This document shows positions 28,951-42,409 of a DNA stretch of 64,000 nt, piece after piece. Source of the DNA: Camelus dromedarius (taxonomy: Eukaryota); NCBI RefSeq assembly GCF_036321535.1, contig NC_087447.1, forward strand, positions 42,286,001 through 42,350,000, in the 5' to 3' direction. The notes under the pieces were generated by a model. It was not told where the DNA came from and did no database searches. It saw only the letters and a program-made list of their open reading frames with translations. How positions within the stretch are numbered: position 1 is the first letter of the stretch; each line of letters opens with the position of its first letter. The position numbers and the translations under genes are program-made.

Positions 28951-31076
28951 ACTTTATGTATCATTCACTTAATATCAAAATACATGTTGTGCTCTGTCTG
29001 AATAAACACAATGCATTCCATACACACCATTAAGGTTTGTCAATTCATCTTTTCACTCTAATCTATTTGCCATGTGGACCCGGCTATTTTCACCAAACCC
29101 AGACACCAGATGAAAATGATAGAAAGTCATCCTTGACTAAATGCTCATTCTTAAATTCATAACAAGGCAACTGCCAACTCTGTGACTTTTACCCTTCAAA
29201 ATCTTTCTTTTTTCAACTCCTCACACGTTAACTATTGCAATAACCTCTTTACTGCTTTCTTTGCTTCAGTGTCTCATCCTTCCAGCCCAATAACACTGCC
29301 AACTATCTTATTTTTCTTGTATACCATTAAAATTTTCATTGCATACAATATTGTAATAAAAATTTAAGTTAAGAATAATTCCCAATAGCTTAACAAGTCA
29401 AATCTTTTGATTCCCTAGTTTTCTTCTCTAACTCTTGCTATCCGTATGCATACACAATTTTTATGGCATTGTAAATATAGTATAGATAACATTTTGTATT
29501 CAGCTGTTTCCACTTCTATAAAATTTCTCAAGTTGTCTAATAGTCTTCACAATGATCACTTTTAATTCACATTTAACAAATAAATTTCCCTTACAGGACA
29601 GTTAGCATTTTTCTTATTATGTGCTAACCACATATCATTTTATCATAAAAAATAATCTTTTAATTAATATATTTGTAAATATAGCTTTGGGGAGGGTGCA
29701 GTAGATTACATCATTAAAATAAACTCCCAAGATGAAGATTATGGGATCAAAAAATGAGCATTTTTTATGGTTTATTACAATTTGCTTCCATTACTTTTTT
29801 AAAGTGTTGTGCTAACTGCGCTGCCACCAGCAACATGAGTATGCTTGTTTTACCACATCTTTACTGGCACTAGAAGCTCTAAGAACAAATGAATAATTAG
29901 TCCAAAAGATTAAAGGTATGGTATATACCTTAAATATTTTACTATAAATATATAAACATACATTCATTAGTCAATTTTTGATACCAGGCCAAGGCCTTTT
30001 CTCTGAGAATTAGTCTGTGGATCTGTCCAGCATTGCTTTTCTAAACAAATCACTAGTATAATACATTTCAGTTTGGATTACTTAAATACGAGCAAGAACT
30101 TAAGATCCTTGCAAAGGAATCTTAAGATAGAATCCTTCTAGATTCGAACATTTTACCCCTCCAATCTTTTATACTTGTACTACCTACAGGACTACAGTTC
30201 AATTCCTTAGTCTGACATTCAGGGTACTCACCAATCTGTCCCCTACCTACCTTTCCAATTTCAGCTCCTATTATTGTCCTTTAGGTCTTCCATCTTTACC
30301 AAGGTCAAAGTACGAAATAACATACATTTTACAAATATTTTGAGTAGTTTATGTATTTATACATGTATACACATATATATGTATGTAGGTATACAAGTAT
30401 ATTTGTATTCACACACACACAGCAGACAATGTGCATGCTTTCAGGGATATAGAGAGGTAAAAAATAAGTGGTCTTTGCTTTTAAGAAACTCTTTCTATGG
30501 TGGGAGACTAGTGAAAACATAATTAAAACAGAATGTGGGGGAAGGGTGGTAGAAACTCGCAATGATTAGAACAACCTGGCATTATCTATCAAAATTTTAA
30601 ATGCAAATCTTCAACCAAGTAATTTTTCTAGACACTCTCGTAAGTGTATAAAGTTCACTGCAGTATTATTTATAATGGCAAAAAAAAAAACAGTCAAAAA
30701 TCTAAAAGTGCATCAGTAAGGACAGGTTAAGTAAATTACAAGACATTCATAAATGAAACATGCAGACATTAAAAAGGATGGATAGATCTATGTGAAATGG
30801 TTGGAAACATGTCCCAGAAACTTCATATGTGGGAAAGAGTAAACTGCAGAACACTACATATCTTATGATTGTATTCATGTTTTTAAAAATGTATATAAAT
30901 ATCTGCATATGTTTGTACATACATTTAAAAATTCAAGTGGTTACCTCCCAGAAATGGGACTAGGAGATGAGGGTGGAGTGGTAATGAGTCTTTTAAATTT
31001 TACTGTATACACTCTGTAAGTTAAAAAGAAATTCACCATGTATTATTTTCACGGTTTTAAAACGAGTTACTTTAGA

Positions 31077-31160
31077 GGGGAAGGTGTAACTCAGTGGTAG
31101 AGGGCACGTTTAGCACGCACAGCCCTGATTTCAATCTCCCGGACCTCCGTTAAAAAAAAA
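31077..31160 (+). mobile_element. tRNA-Ala-derived SINE, short diverged form
   Basis: GGTGTAACTCAGTGGTAGAG...ACCTCCGTTAAAAAAAAA. Confidence 0.8.
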
Positions 31161-32511
31161 TTTTTTTTAGAAAGAATTCTGGTCTGCTTTGGTCACAAGT
31201 GCCAAAACCCATCTGCCAATGCTCAGTAGATTAAAAAACAAACAATCAACAAACTAGTTATTCTTAAAAAAAATTACTATAAACAGAAGCATTAGTGGTA
31301 AGGAGCGCCTAACTTTGCCTCAGGTGTGCAAAGGCAAATACATGTGTATTTGGGAATAAAAAGATAAGTAAATATTTCGTAGGAGTAGGAAGAGTAGAAA
31401 AGGCAGTCCAGATACAGGGAACAGCCTTTAACTGTCACTAGTTTGTCCATGGTTCCTCTGTCCCTCACTACCCGGATCTCAGTCCGGCTATCATCTGAAT
31501 CCTATATGATGGCCTTCTATGCATTTGAATCCTGCTCTCACTCAGCTCCTGGGCAATTAACCTACTGCTGAGCTTCCATTTCTCCTTTTGATAAAATGGG
31601 AGAACACCCACCTGATAGGGCTGTTGTAAAAGAATTAAGTGAAATAATGTACGTAAAGCCCTTCGCACTCAAGATGTACTCAAAACATGCCAGTTTTTCT
31701 TCTACAGGTGAGAAAAGTGAGGTTTACAGAACCTAGTTTTTTGGCTAAAAGGCTTCTGATTCCTGATAACCTAAGGTTCCTCCCTCCTCTAACCAATCCT
31801 TTTTACTCCCACATCCAGTGCTCCCAATTAAACTGTAAGCCTTCTAAGGTAGGTACTGTGATCTATGCGTCTTTGGAACTTTGACACCTAAGATTGTGTT
31901 CAATAAATATCTAATGAGTTTAACGTAACTCATGTTGCAAAGTGCTTCACAATTATCCTCCATTATATACATCCAGCCATGTTGACCTTCTAGTTCCTAG
32001 AACACACATAACTCATCTTACTTTTGCACAAATTGTTTAGCATCGCCTCCTGTCTAAACTATCCATTCTACCACCACCCCCTTATTCTCTATCACAGAAC
32101 TCTATCTTCTTCGTAGTATTTATCTGAATTTCTAAGTGAACTCTCAGTTCCACGACAGCAGGGCCCCGATCTGTCCTGTTTACCCTTGAATTTCCAGTGT
32201 CTAAAAGAATGCCTGGAACATGGTACATGCCTAGTAAGTATCTGCTAAACAAATAAATACAATTTGTATGCGGTCATGGCTAGTTAACTGCCTAAAACAG
32301 GATTAAAGATTATGTATTCTCTTATTACAATGCTCTTTTAATTGTGCCTCACTTCTTATAATATGCTATTGTATTTTATGTATACAGTGCATATAAACTG
32401 CCATTGATTTAAATGATTCCAACTACTTGGTGACCACTACATCCATATATAAATCTATTTTCAAAACAAGGCCAAATGCATTCATCATTATTTAACTGAA
32501 AGATGTATACA

Positions 32512-32657
32512 GGGGGAGGGTATAGCTCCGTGGTAGAGTGCATGCGAGGTCCTGGGTTCAATCCCCAGTACCTCCATTAAACAAACAAACAAACCTAATT
32601 CCCCTTCCAAAAAAAAACCACAAAAAATTTTAAATTTTTAAAATAAAAAAATTTTTA
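32512..32657 (+). mobile_element. tRNA-Ala-derived SINE with anticodon-arm deletion
   Basis: GAGTGCATGCGAGGTCC lacks the TTAGCATGCA segment; flanking GATGTATA duplication. Confidence 0.88.
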
Positions 32658-33654
32658 AAGGATGTATATAAATAGCACAATAACATCTGTGCTCTGCCAT
32701 ATTATGTACAGTACTCAAAAATCTGTATCCTCCTAGGAACTACAGACGTATTATATTTTAAAAGTTAAAGAAAAAAAAAGTTAAAGAGGTTGGTATTTGG
32801 TAGGTTACTGAATAACTCAGTTGAGAGATTGGGCTTTTGAGCCAGTCATAGGTTCAATTCCCAGCTTTGATCTGTAATAGTTGGTCAAGTTACTCTAAAC
32901 TTCAGTTGACTTACCCACAAAATAGGGATAACCAGTACTTGACTTAGGTTTGCAGTGAAGATAATTAAGTTCATGTAGATAAATAAACCACTCAACAAAT
33001 CACTTAACTCAGTGCCTAGCCAAAGTTAAAGTAAAGTGGTATTTTAAGTACAAAAAAAGTTGTTTGGAATTAAATGCCCGTGTCTCTACATTAACGGATA
33101 AGTTATTGCCACAGGGTACACAGTTCCCACTGTGGCATAGTTTTAAAATGAGATTAGATCTATGGGAAAGTATGAAGAAAAGTGTATCATTATTTTCAAT
33201 TTTTTATTTCTATGAGGGGGAGGGAGATTTCTCACTCTAAATTCATCTTAAAAACAAAATCATTTTGACAGTATAAGAAAGTTTAAACACTGCCTCACAG
33301 AGGCCACCCCTCAAAATGCAAATTAAGCATAAAAAGCAAAAATGACAAAGCAACCCAATACTTTAAAAAATTATTTTGTCATGAAATAAAGCCAGGAGCA
33401 AAAAGAACTAGGTAGAACCTCAGATTAAAAACAAAAACTAGATAAAAATTTCAAAATTAAGTAATGATGAAAGCATTAGGACTCAAAGTTCTCAAATAAT
33501 CACAAACTGCATATACATTATAAATATTTAATAATTAACAGCTAAAATAATAATAGAAGCACAATTCCCCAATCCAGCTAGGTCATCTTTCCATGAAGAA
33601 TATGATGAATTCTTATTTCACAGTAATATTCCAACTTATGGCAAAGGACAATGG

Positions 33655-34585
33655 ACATTTTGCAAATCACGTATTTGATAAAGGATCGTTTTATAATAAA
33701 CGCTTACAACTCAATAGTAAACAATCCAACTTTAAAAGGGGGAAAAGCCCCAAATAGATATTTCTCCAAAGAAGATACACAAATGGCCAATAAGTACATG
33801 AAAAAATGCTCAACACCACTAGCCACTGGCAAATGCAAACCAAAATCACAAGCGATATCACCTCATACCCACTAAGATGGCTACCATCAAAAAGACTGAT
33901 CATAACAAGTGTTGGCAAGGATATAAAAAAAAGGGAGCTCTCATACACTGCTAGTAGGAACGTAAAATGGTGCTGCCACTTCACAAAGCAGTCTGACAAT
34001 TCCTGAAAAAGTTAGTCATAGAGTTACCATAGGACCAAACAACCAAGGAAATCTACTCCTAGATATATACATCCAAAAGAAATGAAAACAAATATCCACA
34101 CAAAAACTTGTTACATGAATGTTCATATCAGCATTACACATAATAAGACAAAAGGTGGAAACAACCTAAATGTCCATCAACAGATGAATGGATAAATAAA
34201 AGGTGTTATGCCCATACAATGAAATACCATTTGGCAATGAAGAGAAATGAAGTACTGATATATGCGATAACATGAATGAACCTTGCAAATATCACCCTAA
34301 GAGAAAGAAACCAGTCACAAAAGCTCACATACTGTTTGATTCTATTCACATGAAATGTTTGGAATAGACAAATCTGTAGGTTAGTGGTGGGGAAAAGAAG
34401 ACTGTTAAGGGGAAGTGGGGAGTAACTTAATGGGTATAGTTTTTGGAGCGTGATGAACATGTTTTAAAATTGTGATGGTTGCACAACGCTGTGAATATAT
34501 TAAACCTACCTAACTACATACTTTAAATGGGTGAATTTAAAGGTATGTGAATTATATCAACAAAGGCATTATTTTTCAAAAATAA
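33655..34585 (+). mobile_element. L1MB-like 3' region
   Basis: Degenerate ORF2 remnant RYFSKEDTQMANKYMKKCST followed by L1 3' UTR motifs. Confidence 0.82.
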
Positions 34586-35249
34586 AAGGGGACAATGGAA
34601 AAAATAGGCACTCATTTTGAGATTGCTAAATAAGTAGTGAATTTCCAAGGTAATTAAAATACAACTGGATAAAATTAGTTACGAATCTTACCGGGGCTTT
34701 GGGGGTAATCTCATTACCTACTCTATTACTAAACACTTAACAATGAACTGAAAGAACGCACTCAGCAAAAGAAAATGTTAAACACACAGATTTCTGTCGA
34801 CTTTCGCAAAACTGTGTCTTCCGTAAGATTCAGAACAAAGCCGACCACAACCTCGAACCTACAATTTTTCCTCACATCCCCACTTGATTACACTAGCTGA
34901 CTGGACATTTCCAAAGCAAAGGTTGAAGTTGATTTTAAACAAATAATCGGTTTAGCAATAATATTCTTATCTACTTTTTACTTAACTTTGTTAATGCGGG
35001 AAACAAAGCAATAGGGGAAAGAATAAAAACTGATTCACGTTCCACAATAAAATCTTACAAAGCAACGAAAGGATTTGTTCACTTTGGCCAAAACAGAATA
35101 AAAAGAGGGAATGATAAAATTGACAATTTCTAATAATCGATGTTAGGCCTCAATAACCTAAAAATTAAAATTTAAAACAAAAGTGAGGGAAACAAGAAAT
35201 CTGTGCAAGATCTGAGTGGGAGGAAATTCTAGGTGAGATCTGTGGGGGG

Positions 35250-36560
35250 AATCCCGGGGAGGCCCTCAGCCAATCCAGCCGCCGGCGTCCTAGCTAGAGC
35301 CTGGTGAGGACCGGGGCCCGGCGTCCCAGCCGAAGGAGCTTCGCGTCGGTGGCGCCTTGGGACTCGCTCCGCGCGGAGGTCAAGACGAGAAGAGCCGCTA
35401 GGCTCCCGAGGGCTCCACCCTCCCCTCCTTCACTCCCTCCCTTCGGCGGTCCCCTGAGGGGAACAGGCGGGGCGCAGTGCGCAGAGACGGGGGGGGGGGT
35501 GCGTCCTCAGTGAGAAAAGCTCCGCCGCCCCAGAGTGGCGGCCGCGGGTTATTAATAAACTCTGCTTCTGCCCAAGCGCTGCTACCGCGGCCTGCCGTAG
35601 GATCGACAGGGCCTGTGGCGGAGGCTGAGCAGCCGAAGTCAGAGCCCGGGCCCAAGCGGGCCCGCGCCGCCGCGCTGAGGGCGGCGGCCGGGCGGAGAAT
35701 AATGCACACTGGGTAAAAACACATTTATATACGAACCTCCGCGAAAATTTTCCAACAATTCCTTCGTCCGACCACCATGCACCAGGACAGGAAACAGCCG
35801 CCCGGCCCCCAGGCCCCGCAACCCGCATAGCGGGTCTGAGGCCCGCCCCCAGCCTCCATTGGGTTGTCATTACGTCACTCACTGGACGCTTCCTGCTTGC
35901 CATTGGCTCAAATTTAGGCGACGTGAAAGGAGACCGCCTTATCCTCGCCCCTTTTGCGTGACGTCAGCCTCGCCTGGCCTTACAGCCGGCGCCTGAGTGG
36001 CTTGCCCAAGTGCGGGACCAAACTTCCTGTGTCTGACTGGTTGATAGAACCGCTCATCCCAGACCGACCCCGCCTCGCTGACAAGTGAATTATGCCGATT
36101 CTGGGGCCCTAGCAGGAGGCGCCATTTTGTAGCGAGGGAGGGAGGCTGGTCCTTGTGACTAGCCGGGAGGGAGAAGGGGTGACAGGCGCCATTTTCCCCA
36201 CAGGGGCTAGAAGGTGGCCTTAGCTCTCCTGGTGGGCTTGCTGGAGCGCGTTTTGGAGACCGGTTGGGCTTCGCCTAGCGATTGCCGAGTGTCGCCCTGT
36301 TGGGAGGGAAGTAGAAGAGGATGGGACGCCAGACCGCTCCCTGGGGGCTCTCGGTTCCAGTTGAGGCCTTTGGTCTTGGGCGGCGGCTCTGCTTTCTCGC
36401 GAGCTGCTGTATGATGGTGACTGGCTGCTAACTCGGCCTGTACCTCTCCAGACGCCGGACATCAGCATTGGTGGGAGGATAAGCCTCCTGCCTCAGCTGG
36501 AGCTCCGGCGGAACCTGACAACGGGCCGTTGGTCTTGGACTTTGCTAGGCGACACTGCGG
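35250..36560. promoter_or_regulatory. CpG island / probable bidirectional ZNF143 promoter
   Basis: Sharp GC and CpG enrichment; GC box 35841-35850; ATTGG (CCAAT) 35858-35862 and 35902-35906; TTACGTCA 35870-35877; CRE TGACGTCA 35959-35966; ETS ACTTCCTG 36022-36029; YY1-like CGCCATTTT 36120-36128 and 36187-36195. Confidence 0.9.
35737..35800 (-). other. ZNF143: ZNF143 exon 1 (5' UTR)
   Basis: Inside CpG island; GGACGAAGGAATTGTTGGAAAATTTTCGCGGAG|gttcgt resembles recalled ZNF143 5' UTR; 5' boundary uncertain. Confidence 0.8.
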
Positions 36561-37550
36561 ATGCTTTTGCGCTTTCATGTTGGTTAGGTTTACATTTTGA
36601 AGTCGTCTGTAATGGTGTCGCTAACTTCTTTTTTAGTTTACTTTTTGTGTGTCGCCAATTAAAGTAAAGTCAGAAGAGTGGGAAAAGCATCGCCTCGGTC
36701 TCCCCAAACCTATTCAGAATTTTACACAAATTAGTTGTGAGGTTGAGGTAATGTTTCTTGTAGCTCTCAACCAAAACTTTTTCCTAAACTGTTGGAAATA
36801 CTAGTCATTTCAGGAGTATTCAGTAAGTATTCATGTGCTTTTCAGCCAGGCTGAATAAAGATGAGATAAAGTGTATAGACTCAGTATTTGTTAAATCGGG
36901 CATTCCAGGTGTAGATTTGAGTTACTCAGAGAATGAGACTGGCCTCACCGTACCTGATTTATGTCCTACTTAGAAAAACTGGAGAGAGCTGGATGATGTT
37001 TAATGTCTTTTGCATTTCAGATGATTACGGAATGGCCTTCTAAGTGAGGATAATTTAAAGTGTTGATTTACCGTTGAGTGTAGTTTGAGATTTTAACGTT
37101 ACCTTCTTTTTGGTAGAGAGTGAGTACCAGGCTAAACCTAACCAAGTTGTAGCTGCAATAATTGGTGCCCAAACGCCATTCGAAGGAAAACGGAACTTTC
37201 AGTCTCATCTGAATGCGTTTTCTTTAGAAGTTTAAAGTAGTTACTATTTTTATGCCCGTATTAAGAAATGAAACCTGTGACACATAAAATTGAATTAGGT
37301 TACTTTAAACTGGTGGAATTGGCTCACTTAAAACAGTCTTGTACCCATTAATAGATTCCCTTTGTCACAGAGTAGAGTTCAGATGACAAACAAGGTGTTT
37401 TAATTTATACTTTCTGTACCTTCCAGATGTTATATCTGTATTTTATAATCATAAATGTTATTAAAAGAATCAGAGTACTTTTATGCAGTTTAGTCATTTA
37501 TTACTAAGTCCCATACCTTTAGTCTATTTATTAAAACACTGTAATACAGA
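36050..37550 (+). ncRNA. Possible divergent lncRNA (position of human ZNF143-AS1/LOC644656)
   Basis: CpG island extends about 700 bp upstream of exon 1; AATAAA near 36854 and ATTAAA near 37460 and 37530 on +; synteny recalled; boundaries guessed. Confidence 0.35.
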
Positions 37551-39739
37551 ATCTCAAAAAGAAGTTAAAAATCACCCTGTAATTGCAGATTGCAGTTACA
37601 AGACGTCTTTGTATCCCCAAAACCTACTGAGTTTTTGTAAACATTCAATGGTGGTAATGGATAGGATACTACAATTCTAATCTGATTCAGGGAAAAACCT
37701 TAATGATTTTGTCACAGGTAATGGAACTTTGTGTGTTAACAGAATTTACCACTGACTACAGAACAGAGTTCAAATGTATGTAGTATTCAGGGCCATCTAT
37801 AATCTTCAGATTTTCCCTAAATCATCTCCTATCCTTTTTGTCTTACTACGTCTTACCAAATAAATGGCTTGAAAATATTTCACTACCAATCAGTGCTAGT
37901 CCAGGTTCTTAAACAAATCTGGACCTTTCCCCCAATTTTCCAGAGAGACTAACTTATTTCTGGCCCCCTTCAAAAACTTACCATAAAAACAAAAACAAAA
38001 AGCCCCACAAAACCTGTTACATAATGTTTTTAAAAACATTTCTTTCAGTAACTCAAAACTTTCTGGAGAACTCATTGATTTTGGCATATTTGTATAATGA
38101 CCTAACAATTACTATATATGGGAAAAGATACAGAGAAATGATGCATTCGACTCTCAAAAGAATGTCTAGGAGAAGACGGTGTCTGATTTATCAGATTACT
38201 TATGTAATAATTTTTAAAATAATTTTTACCATGAATTTGTAGATTTTTTTAAACACAATTAAAAAAAATTTTTTTTCTTTTTTTAAAAAACACTAAAGAA
38301 TTTAAAACCGAACTAGTAGTTTGCTCTCCATTGGAAGCTGTGGCAGTTAGACTAGATGTGTCACTTGTGTAAGAAACTTGCCTCATTTGTGAAAAATACG
38401 TATTTCACAATGTGATTGGGAGCATATATGAGAATGTAGATAAATGTAGCACAGTGCCTGTCAGAGGCACTTTTCAAGTGCTTAATGTTAGCCCATCTCT
38501 CTCCAATCCTCACCTTTGTGGTCAGCGATGGTTTTAAGGACTTTTGTCAACTTCTTTGATATTTGAATGAAAGCTATGGAAAAGTACATTAAAGACTTTG
38601 CAGTTTCATAGGGTTCATGGACCCAGAGTTGAATCCTTGGTCTGTGGAATAAGTTCACTGAGTTAATCTCACTCAGCTTCCACATTGAAAGCATAAATCA
38701 GAGCTTAATTAGAACATACTTAAGGAAGTATTGTATGATGAGTTTACTTAAAATGTTCCTTTCCATCTCAGATAAATAGTTCTCAGTATATATGCGGACA
38801 TAGCATAGGTATAATACAACTGATAATGTTTTGTTAGTGGCTAATTTCATGATTTCCCTCATTTCAGGCTTTCTATGGTAATTACAGTATGTGCAGTTTT
38901 TCCATTTTATCAGTTCTACCCCGGACCACTTGTTAACCCCATTCATTAATTACATCTTTGAAAACATCACCCAATAAGTGAGCTCTGAGGTTACCAATTG
39001 TGGTTATTGTGTGTTAAGTTTATTTTAGTGGCAAACTAACCAGGAAAATAAACTCAGTTCACAAAATGTTAAAAATCTTCTTAAACCCCTGAGGATTACC
39101 TTTGAATCTGATTCCCTTTGAAACTGGCTGCCTTCACAAGATTCTAGCTGTCATTTTGGCTTATATTTGCTTAAATCTAAAGGAAAAGCAAGTTTCATTA
39201 AGCAGTGTTTCAACAGTAAAGTGGGTAGTTCAGGAATGAAACCATTGTTTTTAAAATGATTTTACTTTTCTGGGAAAACACACTTTTGAGTTCAGGTAAA
39301 AAAAATTTTTTTTAAGGTGAAGTTTATGTCTCCAAATAAGCAATGATTGCTATAACCTTACAGAAAAACAGAGTACTGTAATTTGGGGGGGGGGGGAAGA
39401 GTTTGGCTCAGTCTTAAATTCCTAACACTGTATTTATTACACTGAAATAACAGATGCAGATTTATAGGGAGAAATAATTTTAAGAATTCTCCTTCCACTT
39501 CCTGCCCACCAAACTTTGGCACCAGCTAGGGCTGTTTGATAGGGTGATGGGGTTTAAAAAAAACAAATGAACTAGAAGCAAAGCAAAATACTGGGGGAGT
39601 ACAGTCTCTAAGACTTACTTTCCCCAGTAAGGGGACAGCTGCATAACCATGAATAAAACTGATCTTAATTTGTATTGAATGAACGTTTCATGTTACTTTT
39701 TAGAGAATGTACTTTAGACAAATTTGAGACTTAAGATAA

Positions 39740-41680
39740 AATTATTGAGATATTCATGTACCATAAAATTAACCATTTTAAAGTGTACACACTTCAGTAG
39801 TTTTTAGTACATCCACAAGGCTGTTCAATCATCATGACTAATTGAAAACACTTTTCCCCAATAGAAATCACTTATGCCCATTAGCACTCATTCCCTCCTA
39901 GGCTCCACACCCACCCGCCCAGCGACCACCAACCTATTGATTTGCTAATTCTATACATTTCATATAAATGGAATCCTGTGTCTGACTTCTTTGTTTTCAA
40001 GGCACATCCATGTAGCATGTAACTACATTCCTTTTTATTGCCAAGTATCTTACAGTATAGCTATACCGCATTTTGTTTATCCATGCACCAACTGATGGAT
40101 GTTTGAGTTGTTTCCTCCTTTTGGCTATGCTGCTAGTATGAACAATTGTGTACAAGTTCTCTTGTGGACATGTTTCATTTCTCTTGGATATCTGGGAGTG
40201 GAATTGCTAGGTGAAACTTCTCAACCTTTTGAGGAACTGCCACTTTTACACAAAACAAAGATTTTATATGCCATCAGCAATGTATGAGGGTTTCAATTTC
40301 TATACTTCCTAATACTTGTAATTGTCCATCTTGATTATAGACATGCTACTAAGTACAAAATGGTACCTCATCATGAATTCTGATTTGCATTTCCCTAGTG
40401 ACTAGTAATGTTAAGCATTTTTGTTTCCTGATACTGGCCATTTATTTCTTTCGAGAAATGTCTACTTGGATTCTTCCCCATTTTTAAATTGTTTTTTTGT
40501 TGTTGAGTTCTAAGAGTTCTTTATATACTCAAGATTTGCAAATTATTTTCTCCCATTCTCGTTTTTACTTTCTGGAAAGTGTCCTTTGAAGCACAAAGTT
40601 GCAAGTTTTGATGAAGCCCAAGTCATCTATTTTTCCTCTTGTTGCTTGTTCTTTGCTGTTATATCCAAGAAACTGTTGCCTAATTCAGTCATGATTTATG
40701 CCTATATTTTTCCTAAGAATTTGAGACCTTGTATTTAAATCTTTAAACCATTTTGAATTACTTTTTGTATAGTGTTAAAGGTCCAACTACATGTTTTTGC
40801 ATGTAAATTCCCAGCTGTCTCAGAACCATTTGTTGAAGATTCATTCCTGCATTGGTCTTGGCATCCTTGCTGAAAATCAGTTGACTGTAAATTTAAGGGT
40901 TTATTTCTGGACTCTCAACTTTATCCCATTGGTCAATATAAGGTATCTATCCTTACCAGTACTATTGTTATTATTAAATCATGTTTGCTTCCAAGATGGT
41001 TTTGACTATTCTGAGTCCCTCGTGTTTCCATACAAACTTTAGGATCAGTTTGTCAATTCCTGCAAAAGAAGTAAGCTGGGATTTTGCAGGAATTACACTG
41101 AATCTGCAGGTCAATTTGGGGAATATTGCCATCTTCACAATAGTAGTGTCTTATAATTTATGAACACGGGTATCTTTCCTTCTAGATGTTTTGTAGTTTT
41201 CGGAGTGTAAGTTTTTCACTTTTGTTAAATTTATTCTTAAGAATTTTTTGGACACTATTGTAAATGAAATTTTCTTAATTTCACTTTTATTTCATTGCTG
41301 CTGTATAGAAATAAAACTGATTTTTGTATATTAAACTTATGTCTTATAACCTTGATGAAGTCATTAGCTCTTTGTGTGTGTGGATTCTTTAGGGTTTTCT
41401 GTGAGATCATGTCACCTATGAATACAGTATTACTTCCTCCTTTCTGATCTGGATGTCTTTTATTCCCTCTTCTTGCCTAACTGCCCTGGCTAAACCCTCA
41501 TGTACAATGCTAAACAGAAGTGGCAAAAGGGAGCATGCTTGTATGGTTCTTGATCTTAGGGGGGAAAAGTTTTTAGTCTTTCATCATTAGGTCCATTAGC
41601 TTTAGGTAGATGCCTTTTTTTCAGGTTGAGGAAGTTGCTTTGTATTTCTAGTCTGAGTTTACTAAAAGGATGTTAAATTT
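39740..41680 (-). mobile_element. L1MB-like fragment, about 1.9 kb, intergenic
   Basis: CATTTCATATAAATGGAATC...TTTAGGATCAGTTTGTCAATT...TGTATGGTTCTTGATCTTAGGGG. Confidence 0.8.
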
Positions 41681-42409
41681 AAAAGACTGATGATAGGAAG
41701 CATTTAAATATAGCATTCAAAAAAAAGGGAAATCATTTAAAAATACATATAGCATTAAAAAACCAAGTGTAATTGACAAATTTCAATTTATATATACATG
41801 AAAGCAGAATCTAAGTACATAAAGGCATTATTACCTGAGCTTTAAAAAACATGGAGGGGGAATTAGCTCTCAAAAAAAGTTACTTAAAAGATATTTATTC
41901 CTGCCATAATAATAAAATCCTAGATTTCTAGCTGGGTACCTAAGTTACCCTTTGTAAGAACCACATGCACCAAAGTGTGAAACGCTATTATGGCAAGGGT
42001 GGCCAACCTCATCAAGGGGAAAACCTAGAATTCAGGAGTGATATTGGTAGTCACAAATAATATTAACCAAAATTTAAAATTATATTGAACAGAACTGACA
42101 TTTTTATAACAAATACGTTTTAAAGTAATTTTAAGTCATTCATTTTACAAACACTTACGGAATGCCTACTATGCTTAAGTCACTGTGCTAGATCTTCCCC
42201 AAAACATGGTTTGTATTAATACAATTCCTAATGACTTTCTTCATGCTTGCTTCAGGGACCACATCTGGCTGGGACTGAATAGCAGCATACAGCCATAGGG
42301 CTGGGGTTTGGCCACCCCTTCTTTACACTCTGTTCCCTTCCAGAGGTAAGCATAGCAGTCACTATCTTCATAAAGTGTGTAGATTAGTAATCACCATTCT
42401 GTTACCTGC

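Noticed and set aside
35489..35499. G11 homopolymer (also G12 at 39385-39396)
   Set aside because: Simple runs of uncertain assembly length; no further support for function
35304..36468. Several GC-rich ORFs in the CpG island
   Set aside because: Expected from stop-codon scarcity at high GC; only the spliced uORF logic was retained
37668..37678. ACTACAATTC, start of the ACTACAATTCCC ZNF143/THAP11 motif
   Set aside because: Lacks the following CCCA core and lies outside the CpG island
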